From Candidatus Dormiibacterota bacterium (GTDB lineage: Bacteria > Chloroflexota > Dormibacteria > Aeolococcales > Aeolococcaceae): 64,000 bases of DNA. The stretch is from the NCBI GenBank assembly GCA_963848445.1, contig CAWKDT010000020.1, positions 261,703 through 325,702 on the forward strand, written 5' to 3'. The notes under the pieces are model-generated. The model searched no databases, was not told the DNA's origin, and saw only the letters and a list, made by a program, of their open reading frames with translations. Shown here piece after piece: positions 18,325 to 27,501 of the stretch. A program made the translations under genes and the position numbers. Position 1 is the first letter of the stretch; every line of letters begins with the position of its first letter.

Positions 18325-20236
18325 CGCTCAGCGCAGGCGTCGCCGGCCCGAGGTCGGTGGCCGGCTTGCCGGTGTCGTAGTCGTACGGCAGCGACCATGA
18401 TGTGGGGACCCTGTCGAAGTTGAACACGGGAACAGGGGTGGGGACCTGCCATTCGACCCCCAGCGACTCCCACGGGTTCGGCGCGGACTTCACCTGCTTG
18501 ACCGCAGTCCAGATGAGAATTCCGAGGAACCACGCCATCGAGGCACCCAGGCCGAAGGCGAACAGCGATGCGGAAACGTTGAGCGGTTGCAGGTAGGCCG
18601 CGTAACTGATCGCGCGGCGGGTCATCCCCATGATGCCGACGGCGATCAGTGAGAGGAACGTGCCGTTGAACGTGATGAACACGGCCCAGAATTGGTATCG
18701 CAGCTGTTTGGTGTCCATGTTGAGGCCGGTCATCTTCGGCAGGAAGTAGACGATGCCCGCCATGAGCGCGAACACCTCGCCTCCCATGATCGTGTAGTGG
18801 AAGTGCGCCTGGACGAAGTAGCTCGCATGGAGTGTGAAGTCGCTGGGCACGTCGGACAGGAAGACGCCCGTGAACCCTCCGATCAGGAAGTTGAAGAAGA
18901 ACGCGCAGATGAAGAGCATCGGTGTGCCGAAACGGATGCGCGCACGCCACATCGCCCCGAGTGCGACGAGGTAGATGATCCCGGTCGGCACCGAGATGAG
19001 CTCCGTCGAGAACATGTAGAAGGGGCGCAGCGACGGAGCGAGGCCGCTCACGAACAGATGGTGTTGCCAGACGGTGAAGCTCAGCAGGCCCACGCCCACC
19101 ATGCCTCCCACCGACACGCGGTACCCCCACAGGGGTCTCCGCGTGAACACAGGCAGCATCTCCATCACGAGACCGAACGCCGGGATGATGAAGATGTAGA
19201 CCTCGGGGTGCCCGAAGAACCAGAAGAGGTTCTCCCAGAGGAACGGTGAGCCGCCGCCTGCCGGCACGAAGAAGGTCGTCTGGTACGAGCGATCCATCGT
19301 CTCCAGCAGGATCGCCCCGACGAGCGCGGGCGCCGCCAGGAGTCCGAGGAACGACGTGACGAGCACCGACCAGACGAAGATCGGCATCTTGGTCATCGGC
19401 ATCCCCGGGGCGCGCTTGGTCATGATCGTCGCGATCATGTTGAAACCCGAGAGGCCGATCGAAAGGCCGATGAGCGCGAACGCCATCAGGTACGAGTCCA
19501 TGCCGAGCACGTTCTGGTCCGAGAGGGGCGCGTAGCCGGTCCAACCGGTGGTGAACCCACCGAGGAACACGGTCGAGAGCAGGATGAGCCCGGCGGGTGG
19601 CAGGAGCCAGAACGTGAGCGCTTCGACCCGGGGGAAGGCCATGTTGCGGGTGCCGATCATGATCGGCACGAAGTAGTTGCCGAAGGGGCCGATGATCGCG
19701 GCCGAGGCCATGAAGATCATCAGCGTGCTGTGCAGGCCGACAAGCGTCAGGTACGACTGCGGGGTGGCGACCGAGGGAACCGGCGTCAGCAGCTCGCTCC
19801 GGATGAACATCGCGCCCAGCCCGCCGATGAACAGGAAGGCCAGGATCATCATCAGGTACTGCATACCGATGACCTTGTGGTCGGTGGTCATCCGGAAGTA
19901 GCGGAGCAGACCGCCACTCTCGCCGTGCAGGTACGCGTTCTCCTCCTCCGTCGGCTTGGGCCGCCCGAGCAGGCGTCCGATCGGATAGTTGAGGAAGCCC
20001 ATTCCCGCGAGGAACCCGACGACTCCGAGGCTGTAGCCGAGCAGGATGCCCGGGTCGGATCCGAGTGAGTTGTCTTCACCGAGCGAGTACGCGATTGCAA
20101 CGCTGCCGATCGCCCATCCGACGATGAAGCCGATCACCGCACCCACCAAACCCAGCAGCAACCCCCAGTCCTGGAGCCGCCTCGAGAGCGTCGGTCCCGG
20201 CCGTATCGGCGCGCGTGCTGGGGCTACAGCATCCAC
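18317..20236 (-). CDS. ctaD: cytochrome c oxidase subunit I (heme-copper oxidase)
   Basis: TTDHKVIGMQYL, FFGHPEVYI, WQHHLF and HFHYTIMGG motifs; 639-aa ORF with an unusually long N-terminal extension carrying two extra predicted TM helices (alternative internal ATG at MGFLNYPIGRL). Confidence 0.9.
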   Translation of the reverse strand: MDAVAPARAPIRPGPTLSRRLQDWGLLLGLVGAVIGFIVGWAIGSVAIAYSLGEDNSLGSDPGILLGYSLGVVGFLAGMGFLNYPIGRLLGRPKPTEEENAYLHGESGGLLRYFRMTTDHKVIGMQYLMMILAFLFIGGLGAMFIRSELLTPVPSVATPQSYLTLVGLHSTLMIFMASAAIIGPFGNYFVPIMIGTRNMAFPRVEALTFWLLPPAGLILLSTVFLGGFTTGWTGYAPLSDQNVLGMDSYLMAFALIGLSIGLSGFNMIATIMTKRAPGMPMTKMPIFVWSVLVTSFLGLLAAPALVGAILLETMDRSYQTTFFVPAGGGSPFLWENLFWFFGHPEVYIFIIPAFGLVMEMLPVFTRRPLWGYRVSVGGMVGVGLLSFTVWQHHLFVSGLAPSLRPFYMFSTELISVPTGIIYLVALGAMWRARIRFGTPMLFICAFFFNFLIGGFTGVFLSDVPSDFTLHASYFVQAHFHYTIMGGEVFALMAGIVYFLPKMTGLNMDTKQLRYQFWAVFITFNGTFLSLIAVGIMGMTRRAISYAAYLQPLNVSASLFAFGLGASMAWFLGILIWTAVKQVKSAPNPWESLGVEWQVPTPVPVFNFDRVPTSWSLPYDYDTGKPATDLGPATPALSGA

Positions 20237-20273
20237 ATCTGCATCCTCTCGTGTGCTTGCGAATCAGACATCT

Positions 20274-21113
20274 TCATCCACCGTAGACCGGCGGTTGGGG
20301 CTCGTACGTGTGGCTGTACGGCACCAGGTACTTCATGATCGGGGCGTCCAGCGCGGTCTGCTGCTGGATCCAGGAGGCGAAGTCCGACTGACTGACGACC
20401 ATGGCGGTGTTGTCGGCCATGTTGCCGTGCCAGAGGCCGCAGAGCTCCGTGCACTGGACTCGGAACGTGCCGATCTGGGTGGGGGTCGCGAACTCGACGT
20501 TGTCGTTCAACGGGACCGCGTCCGCCTTGACACCGAGCGCGTAGAAGTTGAAGGAGTGCACGACGTCCAGCGATGTGACGTTGAACTCGATCTTCTGGTT
20601 GACCGGGAGCACCAGCTGAGCGGTCTCGATCCCGCCGTAGCTTGGATAGCGATACGTGAACCACCACTGCTGTGCGATGACCTGGACCTCGAGCGGCTGA
20701 TCCGTCGAACTGGGCTGCGGGAGCGCGGCCGACAGCGCCGGAACCCCGGCGCCCGGCTGCTCGATGGCGAGCTCGACGGTGCCGTAGGTCGCAAGGCAGA
20801 GCACCAGGACCACTGAGGTGACGATCCATGTCGCCTGGATGCGCGTGTTTCCGCGCAGCGATTGAGCGGAGATCTCACCCTGCAGGGGGGCCGTCCGGTT
20901 CACCACGAGCGAGAAGAGGATGGCCATCAGCACGCCGGCGAAGATCGGCCAGCCGGCCATGGCCAGGACCCTGATCACCGTGCTTTCGTCGGATGCGAGG
21001 TTGGACGCCTGTCCGGGAGGGATCGGCCCCAGGGCCAGCCCGATGTCGCCCGCGACAGCGAGCACGAGCCAGATCCCGGCGAAGAGGCGGATGGCGGTGG
21101 CCCTATTCCTCAT
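20274..21113 (-). CDS. ctaC: cytochrome c oxidase subunit II (CuA subunit; no cytochrome c domain)
   Basis: VVHSFNFYALGVKADAVPL … CTELCGLWHGNM CuA motif; two N-terminal TM helices; no CxxCH. Confidence 0.85.
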   Translation of the reverse strand: MRNRATAIRLFAGIWLVLAVAGDIGLALGPIPPGQASNLASDESTVIRVLAMAGWPIFAGVLMAILFSLVVNRTAPLQGEISAQSLRGNTRIQATWIVTSVVLVLCLATYGTVELAIEQPGAGVPALSAALPQPSSTDQPLEVQVIAQQWWFTYRYPSYGGIETAQLVLPVNQKIEFNVTSLDVVHSFNFYALGVKADAVPLNDNVEFATPTQIGTFRVQCTELCGLWHGNMADNTAMVVSQSDFASWIQQQTALDAPIMKYLVPYSHTYEPQPPVYGG

Positions 21114-21116
21114 CGC

Positions 21117-21746
21117 TCAACCCACATGGAGCTCGCCGGCCATATAGCCGAGCGTCTGCATCGGGCCGCCGTTGCCGTACAGCGTCCCCGCGGCGCATGG
21201 GACGAAGCACTGCCAGCGGTAGACCCCGGCCGTATCCGGCACGACGAAGTCGAACGTCACGACGATGGTGGCGCCGGCCGGCGCATTGTCGGCCACACCT
21301 TGCAGCGGAACGCTGAGACCCAGGTCGGGGATGGTGAAGGTATGCGCAGGGAGGCTTGGATCGATCGCCTTCATGACCTTCCCGTTGACGGTCATCTCAT
21401 TGTTGATCGTCCCGCGCACCAGGCCGAGGTACTCGTTCCGGAGGCCGGACGAGCCGTCCTGCTGATCGATGGTCATGTGGACCACCGCCCCCTTCGGAAC
21501 GCTCAGATACGTGGTCGGCAGGTATCCGACCCAGTTCGGGTGCTCACCGTGCCCCTGCCCCGCATCGCCGACCGCCGCGACCGTGGTGAGGGTGATGTTC
21601 ACCACCGGGCGCCCCTGGATGCTCGAGGACGTCGTGCTCGCGACGATCGTCGGGGGTGTGGGGTTCAGGAACCGCGTCACGAAGAAGCCGATGATCACGC
21701 CGGCCACGGCGAGGCCCGCCACGACGATCCAGGATCTCAATCGCAT
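21117..21746 (-). CDS. membrane-anchored CoxB-like cupredoxin-domain protein with degenerate CuA site
   Basis: N-terminal TM (WIVVAGLAVAGVIIGFFV); C-terminal part parallels subunit II (HTFTIPDLG…AGVYRWQCFVPC…GPMQ…M) but lacks the Glu and second His of the CuA ligand set. Confidence 0.55.
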   Translation of the reverse strand: MRLRSWIVVAGLAVAGVIIGFFVTRFLNPTPPTIVASTTSSSIQGRPVVNITLTTVAAVGDAGQGHGEHPNWVGYLPTTYLSVPKGAVVHMTIDQQDGSSGLRNEYLGLVRGTINNEMTVNGKVMKAIDPSLPAHTFTIPDLGLSVPLQGVADNAPAGATIVVTFDFVVPDTAGVYRWQCFVPCAAGTLYGNGGPMQTLGYMAGELHVG

Positions 21747-21762
21747 GCTTGCCTCACCCCTT

Positions 21763-21897
21763 TTATGAATGAGCGACGTCGTGAAAACAGTCGATCAGGG
21801 CGAGCGCCACTCCGGCCGAGACGCCGCACAGGGCGACGACGACCGCAGGCGCGCTCCGTCCAGCCCGTGACAGGGCGGGTGCCTTGGATCCGGGCAT
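21763..21897 (-). CDS. unlisted 44-aa small membrane protein (MPGSKAPALSRAGRSAPAVVVALCGVSAGVALALIDCFHDVAHS)
   Basis: Hand-translated; ATG preceded by GGAGAA; one hydrophobic helix; lies immediately upstream of the cupredoxin/cta operon; below the 60-aa ORF-track cutoff. Confidence 0.3.
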   Translation of the reverse strand: MPGSKAPALSRAGRSAPAVVVALCGVSAGVALALIDCFHDVAHS

Positions 21898-22034
21898 CCA
21901 GTTCTCCGCTCAACAGGATTGCCGGTAACAAAGTCGACATGATGGCTGTCTCAATAGGGAACGTCAAGACCTCCCCACAGTCATCCCTGGCTCAAAACGA
22001 CATTCGTCGCGCCGTGGCGCCGCCGGCGACCCTG

Positions 22035-24743
22035 TCAGCTGGGCCGGCGGCTGACATGATCGATGCCGCCCGAGCCCTGCGCCAGTGACGCGATGTCGTA
22101 CCGGTCGCGGGCACCCGTGCGGCGCAGCAGGAGGTCCGCGACGAGGCCGGTCCAGCCGGTCTGATGCGACGCGCCGAGCCCCCGGCCGGTGTCGGCGTGG
22201 AAGTACTCGTGGAACGGGATGAGCCCCGCGAGATCCGGCCGGGCGTAGAGGCCGGTGCCCGCGACGACCGGTCGCGTCCCCGTGGCGTCCTCCAGGAAGA
22301 GGCCGGTCAGCCGCCCGGCGATCGCATCGGCGACGGCGCCGAGGTGCTCCTGGCGGCCGGATCCGCTGGGGTATTCCACCGTCCAGTCGTCGCCGAGGAA
22401 CCGGTGGTAGCAATGGAGTGCCTCGACAATGAGGTGATTGACGGGGAACCAGACCGGCCCCCGCCAGTTCGAGTTCCCCCCGAAAAGGCGGGTCGTCGAT
22501 TCGGCGGGCTCGTAGTCGAGCCGCGCGATGGTCCCCTCGATGTCGAGCTCGAGCGGATGGTCAGCGTGGAATCGGGAGAGGGCGCGGAGCCCGTGCGGGC
22601 TCAGGAACTCCTCCTCGTCGAGCACGCGGTGGAGGATCCGCCGCAGACGGTCGGGATCGACGATGGCGAGCAGCCGGTTCTGGCGCTCGTTCGGTTCGAC
22701 GGCGAGCGCGATGGCGGCCGCAAAGCCTGGCTTGACCGCGACGAACCGGCGCAGCCGTTCGGCGAACTCAGGAAGCACCCCGAGTGTGTCGTGCCCGAGG
22801 GTGGTGGCCGCGCAGAGCGGGATGAGACCCACGATCGACCGCGCCGGGATCGGAATTCGCGATCCGTCGGCGAGGTGCAGGCTGTCGTAGTAGAAGCCCG
22901 AATCGTCGTCCCACAACCCCTGGTCGTTCATCGCGGTGGCGATGGCGGCGAAGTGCTCGAAGAACTTCGTCGCGACGTCCTCGTACGTGCGGTCGTATGC
23001 GGCGAGGATGAGCGCGGTCTCGAGAAGGTTCAGCGAGTACATCGCCATCCACGCGGTGCCGTCCGACTGCTCGAGGTGCCCGCCGGTGGGCGGCATCTCG
23101 GACCTGTTGAACGGGCCAATGTTGTCGAGCCCGAGAAATCCGCCTTCGAAGATGTTGTTGCCCTCGGCGTCCTCGCGGTTGACCCACCATGTGAAATTGA
23201 TGAGCAGCTTGTGGAAGACGCGCGCGAGAAACCGATGATCGGTCGCGCCGTCGATCTCGAACACGCGAAGCGCCGCCCACGCGTGCACCGGAGGGTTGAC
23301 GTCGTCGAAGGACCATTCGTATGCCGGCAGCTGGCCATCAACATGCATGTACCACTCACGGCACAGCAGGATGAGCTGCTGCTTGGCGAACTCGGGGTCG
23401 ACGTGGGCGAGGGCGACGCACTGAAACCCGAGGTCCCACGCCGCGAACCACGGGTACTCCCACTTGTCGGGCATCGAGATCACGTCGGCGGTGTCGACAT
23501 GCCGCCATCCGGCGTTGCGGCCGGTGAGACGCTGTGCCGGCGGCGTCGGTTCCTCGGGGTCACCGTCGAGCCAGCGGGCGACGTTGTAGTGATAGAACTG
23601 CTTCGACCACAGCATCCCCGCCAGCGCCTGGCGCGCGACAAGCCGCTCGTCCGGGGTGAGGGTCGCCGGGAGCACGGTCGCGTAGAACGCGTCGGCCTCA
23701 CTCCGGCGCCGGGCCAGCACGTCGCCGGTACCGGCGTCTCCCGGGGCATCGCGTCGACCGAGGCGGAGCCTGATCGCGGCGGTGCCGCCGGGCGTCACAG
23801 TCAGGACGTAGTGCAGCGCCGCCTTCGTGCCGGTGAGCGCCGGGTTGACCGTCGCCGCGCCGCCGACCACGTGGTCGTTGATCCCGTCCTTGGGATACGC
23901 GCTCCGGCCGGCCGATCCCCACAGTCGCATCGCGTTCGTCTCGTTGTCGCAGAACAAGGGCGTATGCGTCCCGTCGCCGGTGAGCGACCACCGGCCGAGG
24001 TCCGGGTGATCCGCGACGATGCTCTCCGCGTCCCACGCAAGCGATGGGACGATGCTGTCACGGTCCCACGCCCATGTGTTCCGGAACCACAGCGTCGGCA
24101 GCGCGTGCAGGATGGCAGTCTCGCTGCCGGCATTGCGCACGCGCAGCTCGCACACGATGTCGTCGGGGGACGTCTTCGCGTAGTCGACCGTGATGTCCCA
24201 GAACCCCGTGTCGAGCACGCCTGTGTCGGCGAGCTCGTACTCGGGGTCGAGCGTGGTGCGGCGCCCGTTCTCATCGACGAGATCCTGGTACGGAAACGGG
24301 CGCTGGGGGTAGAGGTATCGCCACCGCATCCATGAATGCGTCGGGGTCGAGTCGACGTACCACCAGTACTCCTTGGCGTCCTCACCGTGGTTGCCCTGAG
24401 GTCCCGTCAGCCCGAAGATTCGTTCCTTGAGGATCGGATCGACACCGTTCCAGAACGCAAAGGCCATGCAGAGCTGCTGATGATCGTCACAGATGCCGCC
24501 GAGCCCATCCTCGCTCCAGCGAAACGCCCGCGAGCGAGCATGGTCGTGGGGAAGGTAGTTCCACGCATCCCCGTTCTCGCTGTAGTCCTCACGCACGGTC
24601 CCCCACGCCCGCTCGCTGAGGTACGGGCCCCAGCGGCGCCAGGCAGCGGGATCGTCACGGAGCCGCCGGCGCTCAGGGTCCTCGTTGCTCACGTCCGGCG
24701 GCGACGATACCACCCCGGTCCCGACTGAATGCTCACACCGCAT
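22035..24743 (-). CDS. GH63-family glycoside hydrolase (processing α-glucosidase / mannosyl-/glucosyl-glycerate hydrolase-like (α/α)6 enzyme)
   Basis: About 900 aa; C-terminal FHEYFHADTGRGLGASHQTGWTGLVADLL and EWSFDDVNPPVHAWA motifs typical of GH63/MGH; start uncertain (ATG 24743 or GTG 24692) because a pseudogene remnant occupies the opposite strand here. Confidence 0.7.
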   Translation of the reverse strand: MRCEHSVGTGVVSSPPDVSNEDPERRRLRDDPAAWRRWGPYLSERAWGTVREDYSENGDAWNYLPHDHARSRAFRWSEDGLGGICDDHQQLCMAFAFWNGVDPILKERIFGLTGPQGNHGEDAKEYWWYVDSTPTHSWMRWRYLYPQRPFPYQDLVDENGRRTTLDPEYELADTGVLDTGFWDITVDYAKTSPDDIVCELRVRNAGSETAILHALPTLWFRNTWAWDRDSIVPSLAWDAESIVADHPDLGRWSLTGDGTHTPLFCDNETNAMRLWGSAGRSAYPKDGINDHVVGGAATVNPALTGTKAALHYVLTVTPGGTAAIRLRLGRRDAPGDAGTGDVLARRRSEADAFYATVLPATLTPDERLVARQALAGMLWSKQFYHYNVARWLDGDPEEPTPPAQRLTGRNAGWRHVDTADVISMPDKWEYPWFAAWDLGFQCVALAHVDPEFAKQQLILLCREWYMHVDGQLPAYEWSFDDVNPPVHAWAALRVFEIDGATDHRFLARVFHKLLINFTWWVNREDAEGNNIFEGGFLGLDNIGPFNRSEMPPTGGHLEQSDGTAWMAMYSLNLLETALILAAYDRTYEDVATKFFEHFAAIATAMNDQGLWDDDSGFYYDSLHLADGSRIPIPARSIVGLIPLCAATTLGHDTLGVLPEFAERLRRFVAVKPGFAAAIALAVEPNERQNRLLAIVDPDRLRRILHRVLDEEEFLSPHGLRALSRFHADHPLELDIEGTIARLDYEPAESTTRLFGGNSNWRGPVWFPVNHLIVEALHCYHRFLGDDWTVEYPSGSGRQEHLGAVADAIAGRLTGLFLEDATGTRPVVAGTGLYARPDLAGLIPFHEYFHADTGRGLGASHQTGWTGLVADLLLRRTGARDRYDIASLAQGSGGIDHVSRRPS

Positions 24744-25023
24744 CGAGATGCGCTTGACTCGCCGGACGGGACGCGGTATCTCGACTTCAACAGCCAGTTG
24801 GTGGGCGTGAACATCGGCCACGGGACAAGCGTGTCGTGGCGGCGATCGCACGCCAGGCCGAGCGACTCGCTTACATCAGCCCCTTCATTGCGCACGAGCC
24901 CCGGGCGCTGCTTGGAACGTGATGACCAACCCGCCGCTGCGCATCCCCGAAGAGCAGCTCGCAGCGGGATTCGCGGTCATCGACGAGGCTCTGGCGATCA
25001 CCGATCGATCCGTCAGGCCGTAG
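24729..25023 (+). pseudogene. decayed class-III (ω-)aminotransferase remnant (N-terminal about 60 aa + frameshift + C-terminal about 30 aa; the central about 330 codons are deleted)
   Basis: Frame 0: …GTRYLDFNSQLVGVNIGHG; +2 frame continues DKRVVAAIARQAERLAYISPFIAHEPRALLGT*; then a third fragment …NPPLRIPEEQLAAGFAVIDEALAITDRSVRP* ending at 25023. Confidence 0.6.
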
Positions 25024-25036
25024 AGTCTCCGGCGCC

Positions 25037-26017
25037 GTGGTCGAGTCGGAGGTTCTTGTCGGCGTGGTCGAGGGCGAGGAGCCCAGCAGCGGGCTGCTCG
25101 GCGCGCACCCGGGGGTGCGCTACACCTTCATCGACCCTTCAGAACCGACCGGTGCGGAGGCGTCGCATGCGGACGCGCTCTTCATCTGGAACGTCCGCGG
25201 CGGGTTCCTCCACCGGCAGTGGCACGAGTTCGACCGGCTGCGCTGGGTCCACACCGCGACCGCCGGCGTCGAGCATCTGCTGTTCCCCGAGTTGGTGACA
25301 AGTGACGTGGTGGTCACCAACTCACGCTTCCTGTTCGACCAGGCACTCGCCGAGTACACGATCGGGCTCATGCTCTGCCTGAGCAAGGACTTCGGCACGA
25401 CCATCCTCCATCAGACCCAGCACCGCTGGGACCAGCGCGGGACCGATACGCTCGCAGGCAAGGTCGCGGTCATGGTGGGGGTGGGGCCGATCGCGCGGCG
25501 GACCGCGCACATGGTGAAGGCGCTCGGCATGACGGTGCGCGGCGTCGGGCGCACGTCTCGTGACGGGGACCCCGACTTCGGCGACATCGTCGCGTCGACG
25601 CATCTCGTCGAGGCGCTCGCCGGGGCCGACTATGTCGTGGTGGTGCTGCCGGGCACGCCGTCGACCGCCGGCCTGGTCGACGCGGCGACGATCCGGTCGC
25701 TCAAGCCGACCGCGCGGCTGATCAACGTCGGACGCGCCGCAACCCTCGATCAGGACGCCCTGGCCGAGGCGCTGCGCGCGGGCCGTCTCGCCGGTGCGGC
25801 GCTCGATGTCGTCAGGCCCGAGCCACTGCCCGCCGACGATCCGCTCTGGGATGTCCCGAACCTCATCATCTCGCCGCACATGTCGGGCGATCACAAGGGC
25901 TGGCGCGACGAGGCCGTCGCGATCTTCGAGCGGAATCTCGAGCGGTGGCGCAGCGGTGAGCCGCTCCTCAATGTCATCGACAAGCACCTCGGCTATGCGC
26001 CTCGGGATAACCCCTGA
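25037..26017 (+). CDS. D-isomer-specific 2-hydroxyacid dehydrogenase (glyoxylate/hydroxypyruvate reductase-like)
   Basis: GTG start; NAD-binding GxGxxG (VGVGPIARRTAHMVKALGM); catalytic R/E/H region (NVGRAATLDQDAL…ISPHMSGD). Confidence 0.8.
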   Translation: MVESEVLVGVVEGEEPSSGLLGAHPGVRYTFIDPSEPTGAEASHADALFIWNVRGGFLHRQWHEFDRLRWVHTATAGVEHLLFPELVTSDVVVTNSRFLFDQALAEYTIGLMLCLSKDFGTTILHQTQHRWDQRGTDTLAGKVAVMVGVGPIARRTAHMVKALGMTVRGVGRTSRDGDPDFGDIVASTHLVEALAGADYVVVVLPGTPSTAGLVDAATIRSLKPTARLINVGRAATLDQDALAEALRAGRLAGAALDVVRPEPLPADDPLWDVPNLIISPHMSGDHKGWRDEAVAIFERNLERWRSGEPLLNVIDKHLGYAPRDNP

Positions 26018-26121
26018 GCTGACGTTGCGTCGTGCCGCATGCGCGGGCTGACCGCCCGAGGGCCGGCGTATGGTGGCAGCGAATCCTCAGCATCCAGACG
26101 ATCACGGGAGCAGACACACCG

Positions 26122-26511
26122 ATGCCGCACAGCGATCATCTCCAGCAGTCCATCTCCGTCGACGACATCGCACCGCTCGCACTGATGCACGGGGTCCGTG
26201 CCCGGCCGGTCCACGGTGAGCACATCACGCTGGCCGTCGTGGAGATCGATCGCAGCGCGGGGATGCCGGAGCATCACCACATGAGTGAGCAGGTCGGCAT
26301 CGTGGTCCGTGGGGAGTTCACCTTCACGATCGGTGGTGAGACCAGACTGCGCCGAACCGGCGACATGTGGGTCATTCCCGCGTCGGTTCCTCACACCGTC
26401 GAGGCCGCCGGGCCCGAGGGTTGCACCGTCCTCGAGTCGTTCTCACCTCCGCGCGCGGATTGGGCGGACATCACGCGCGAGCACCCATCACGAGGCCGCT
26501 GGCCCGGCTGA
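26122..26511 (+). CDS. cupin-domain protein
   Basis: His-containing cupin motif (HHHMSEQVGIVVRGEFTFTIGGE … MWVIPASVPH). Confidence 0.6.
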   Translation: MPHSDHLQQSISVDDIAPLALMHGVRARPVHGEHITLAVVEIDRSAGMPEHHHMSEQVGIVVRGEFTFTIGGETRLRRTGDMWVIPASVPHTVEAAGPEGCTVLESFSPPRADWADITREHPSRGRWPG

Positions 26512-26553
26512 GCTGCCGAGAGATCAGCGTGGCGGACCGAGTGCGGAGCGGCG

Positions 26554-27099
26554 TTATTCGTCCGGCCCGCTCTCGCCTTCGACGTTCTGTTGACGGGTGA
26601 GGAACAGCGCGACGGACAGGATGAGCACGACGCCCGCACTGGTCCCGAGCTCGACCAACGATTGTGGATATGGTGTCCCACCCGCACTGGCGCCTCCGGA
26701 CGACAGGGTGAGCTTGGTGGAGACCGCGAGGATGTCCCGCACCGCAGCGATGATGCCGATGACAAGAAACGGTCGAAACGGGAAGCTCCAGCCCTCGAGA
26801 TGCGTCAGCACCGTCCGCATGATGTCCACGAGGATGATCACCACAAGGACGCCGTCCACGGCGCTCACCAGCGTCTGCGGGTACCCACCCAGGGATGTGA
26901 TGAAGTCGACGAAGCTCCGCACCAGGACCACTCCGGCCAGGATGAGCAGGACCAGGGCGACGCCGTATTGAAGGAGGTCGATGAGCACCCTCACGGGGGT
27001 GCCTCGGCGGATCTCGGACCACGACCACGGCCGCATGCTGCGCGTGCCCGTGCTCTCCTGGGAAGCGGGACGGCGGCTCACGCTCGGCTGATCAGGCAT
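26554..27099 (-). CDS. PsiE-like (phosphate-starvation-inducible E family) small membrane protein
   Basis: 4 TM helices with the PsiE-like pattern (LLQYGVALVLLILAGVVLVRSF, VDGVLVVIILVDIMRT); N-terminal about 40-aa extension. Confidence 0.45.
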   Translation of the reverse strand: MPDQPSVSRRPASQESTGTRSMRPWSWSEIRRGTPVRVLIDLLQYGVALVLLILAGVVLVRSFVDFITSLGGYPQTLVSAVDGVLVVIILVDIMRTVLTHLEGWSFPFRPFLVIGIIAAVRDILAVSTKLTLSSGGASAGGTPYPQSLVELGTSAGVVLILSVALFLTRQQNVEGESGPDE

Positions 27100-27501
27100 C
27101 CGGTTCGGTCGAGTGTAGAGCGGTAACCCGCACTGTGCGCCAAAGGCATCACCCCGGAGTACTCGGGCACCGCAGCGGGGCGTTGCGCCGGTGCCGTGAC
27201 GCGTCGTTACGGGGTGATGCGGATCAACGCGGCCGGGTCAGCGTCCGAGGAGGGGTGAGCGCGGGCCGTCTCCAGTTCGCCCGCATGCCGTGGACGGCGC
27301 AGCCGCCGATCCCGGATGTCACGGCGGTGTGACGGCGCGGCGGTCGATTTCCGAAACGCCATGCCCGCCTATGACAGTGTTGGGCGCGGGTCACGTGCGG
27401 TCGCTCGCGGGTGACGGTTTCTTCGAACAGTGCGGGATGCGACGCTCGGATGCACCCTACGGGCGCGATGCTCCGATCATCAGATGGACACGCGACACAC
27501 C

